Assembly: GCA_964016885.1 (NCBI GenBank)
Contig: OZ024755.1
Span: forward strand, 19,282,001 to 19,346,000
DNA from: Eledone cirrhosa
Taxonomy: Eukaryota
Direction: 5' to 3'
Length of the DNA stretch: 64,000 nt
Part shown: piece after piece, positions 62,155-64,000 of the stretch
How the letters are laid out: each line of letters starts with the position of its first letter
Numbering within the stretch: the stretch's first letter is position 1
Notes under the pieces: generated by a model
The model's database searches: none
What the model was told of the DNA's origin: nothing
The model's input: the letters and a program-made list of their open reading frames with translations, nothing else
Program-made: the position numbers and the translations under genes

Positions 62155-64000
62155 CTGAAATATAGACAATAAAACTTGACAACAATATTGTTGATTAACC
62201 CTTTAGCATTTACATTACTCTATATTTACTATTATATTTTCATGGTAAAGGTTTTATCTTACATAATTATCTCACATAATATCGAATCTATGAGATTTTG
62301 ATGTTATTTATGTTGAGAACAATACCTTAACATCAGTATGAGCAGCCAGTTACAGCCGGTTTGAACAGAAAGAGGTGAGGGAATTCTAGCCGAATATAGC
62401 CGGTTTAAATGCTAAAGGGTTAACAATAAGAAATAACAAATAGAAGATAAAAGAGAGAAAAGTTGTAGTTGAAGCATTGTATCAGCATTGCACAACAAGA
62501 TGTTTAGTTTTGTCAAAGTATTTATAATATAATGGTTTCTGGTGTAGGCACAAGGTCAATGATTTTTGGAGAGGAGTAAGTTAATTAAATCGACCCCAGT
62601 GTATTACTGGTACTTTATTACATAAGGATGAAAGACAAAGTTAACCTCAATAGGATTTGAACTCAGAAGTTTAAGCATCAGATAAACAATGGTTTCTGAT
62701 TTAGGCACAAAGCCAACAATTTTCGCAGAGGGGAGGGAAAGTTAATGAAATTGACCCCATTGTATTACTGGTAGTTTATAATATAATAACTGTAAGTTAC
62801 TGTATTTCCCAGCATCTAAGACGCTACTTTTTTCCTAAAATAAGTCTAAAAAATCTACCATGCATCCTGGAGGCCGAAAGGTGTTTATAATTGTTTTTCA
62901 AATTTTTGGTTGTCAAAATTAGGGTGTGTGCTTGAGGGCGAAGTGTCTTCGGCACTGGGAAATACGCTAAGTGAGAGAACTTTATTCCAAATGCCGCTGC
63001 CATAAACAAAACTTAAGGGTCAGTCCGTCTCATGGTCCTGGTGGACAGAATGGAGGAGACATTGCTCAGGAGAATGGTGAGAGAGATATGCTGGAACAGC
63101 CTCTTTACCTTGCAGGGCCTGCACTTGTGGGTATCTGGTCAGCTGTGCTTGACCATGATGTCCATAGCCAAGAAAACTAACTCATATTGACTTAGTCAAC
63201 ATAAGTACTGCCAATAATTACTGTGAGTTGTAAGTAGTGGAGTAGACTGGAACATTTATGGATATTTCAAAAGCTTGTAGTGTGGAGTTTAAGATGTCAT
63301 ATAAAGAACATATCTGTAATAGATGTGTTTATATCTCTGTTCCATTTCAGTTATTATATAGGTTAATTGTATAAAAACTAATAATTGTTTCTACTTTTGG
63401 CACAAGGCCAGCAATTACCCAGTGTATTACTGGTACTTTATTTTATCGACCCCGTAAGGATAAAAGGCAAAGTTGGTGGGATTTGAACTCAGAATGGCAA
63501 GGGCCGTAACTCTATGCGACAAAACATGGTGTCCAACCCTCTACCGATACTGCCAATCCACTAATGAATGAAGCATCATGCAGAAGTGATTGCAATGATA
63601 TAGTATGTATGGATCTGCCAGGAGCTGTGACTGACAAATAGTATCAGATGGAAAGACCAATGAAAACCTTGTTTCTTTCATTAGATCTAATGATGGATCC
63701 ATAACTCCTGGCAGAGTATAGGGGGCACAATTGTGATATATAAGGCATGTCTTGGAGACTTTAAGTCTGGCAGAGCCCATCCCCTTTCTAGGTATCTGAA
63801 AACAGCCAATTTCTTCCACAGAGAGATAGAAAGAGGGGTGTGTGTGTGGGGGTGGGGTGGGGGTGGGGGAATTCACCCTTGTACTGGATCGGTACTTTTT
63901 TTTTTTTATCAATCTCATCTCAAAAAGGAGGATGAAATGCAAAGTTGACCATAATTGGATTTGAACTCCGAGTGTGCAGAAAGCTGGAACGAATACCACA

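Overview
AT-rich, intron-containing animal genomic DNA. The SINE/LINE families and (AT)n/(ACAT)n tracts look like an octopus (coleoid cephalopod) genome; this is an inference. I assembled spliced genes by hand from GT/AG sites with consistent reading phase. IFT57 (minus, 10 coding exons, 412 aa) has a putative RFX X-box and an NRF1-like site upstream. PMVK (minus, 4 coding exons, 193 aa) lies head-to-head with TRMT1 (plus, 4 coding exons, 645 aa). A three-exon, 168-aa Spaetzle/cystine-knot-like precursor (plus, 38263-42092) appears in the ORF track only as its first exon. The last exon of a DPP4/DPP6/DPP10-family gene lies on minus at 61990-62154. The rest is repeats: tRNA-derived SINEs, RTE, RLE-type and Tx1-like LINE fragments, non-autonomous Helitrons, MITEs, minisatellites and a 2.5-kb microsatellite. 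The most notable items are the Spaetzle-like gene and a set of near-perfect fold-back palindromes at (TA)n tracts carrying Penelope-like GIY-YIG sequence or hammerhead-ribozyme-like motifs. All family assignments come from motif recognition, not database searches.
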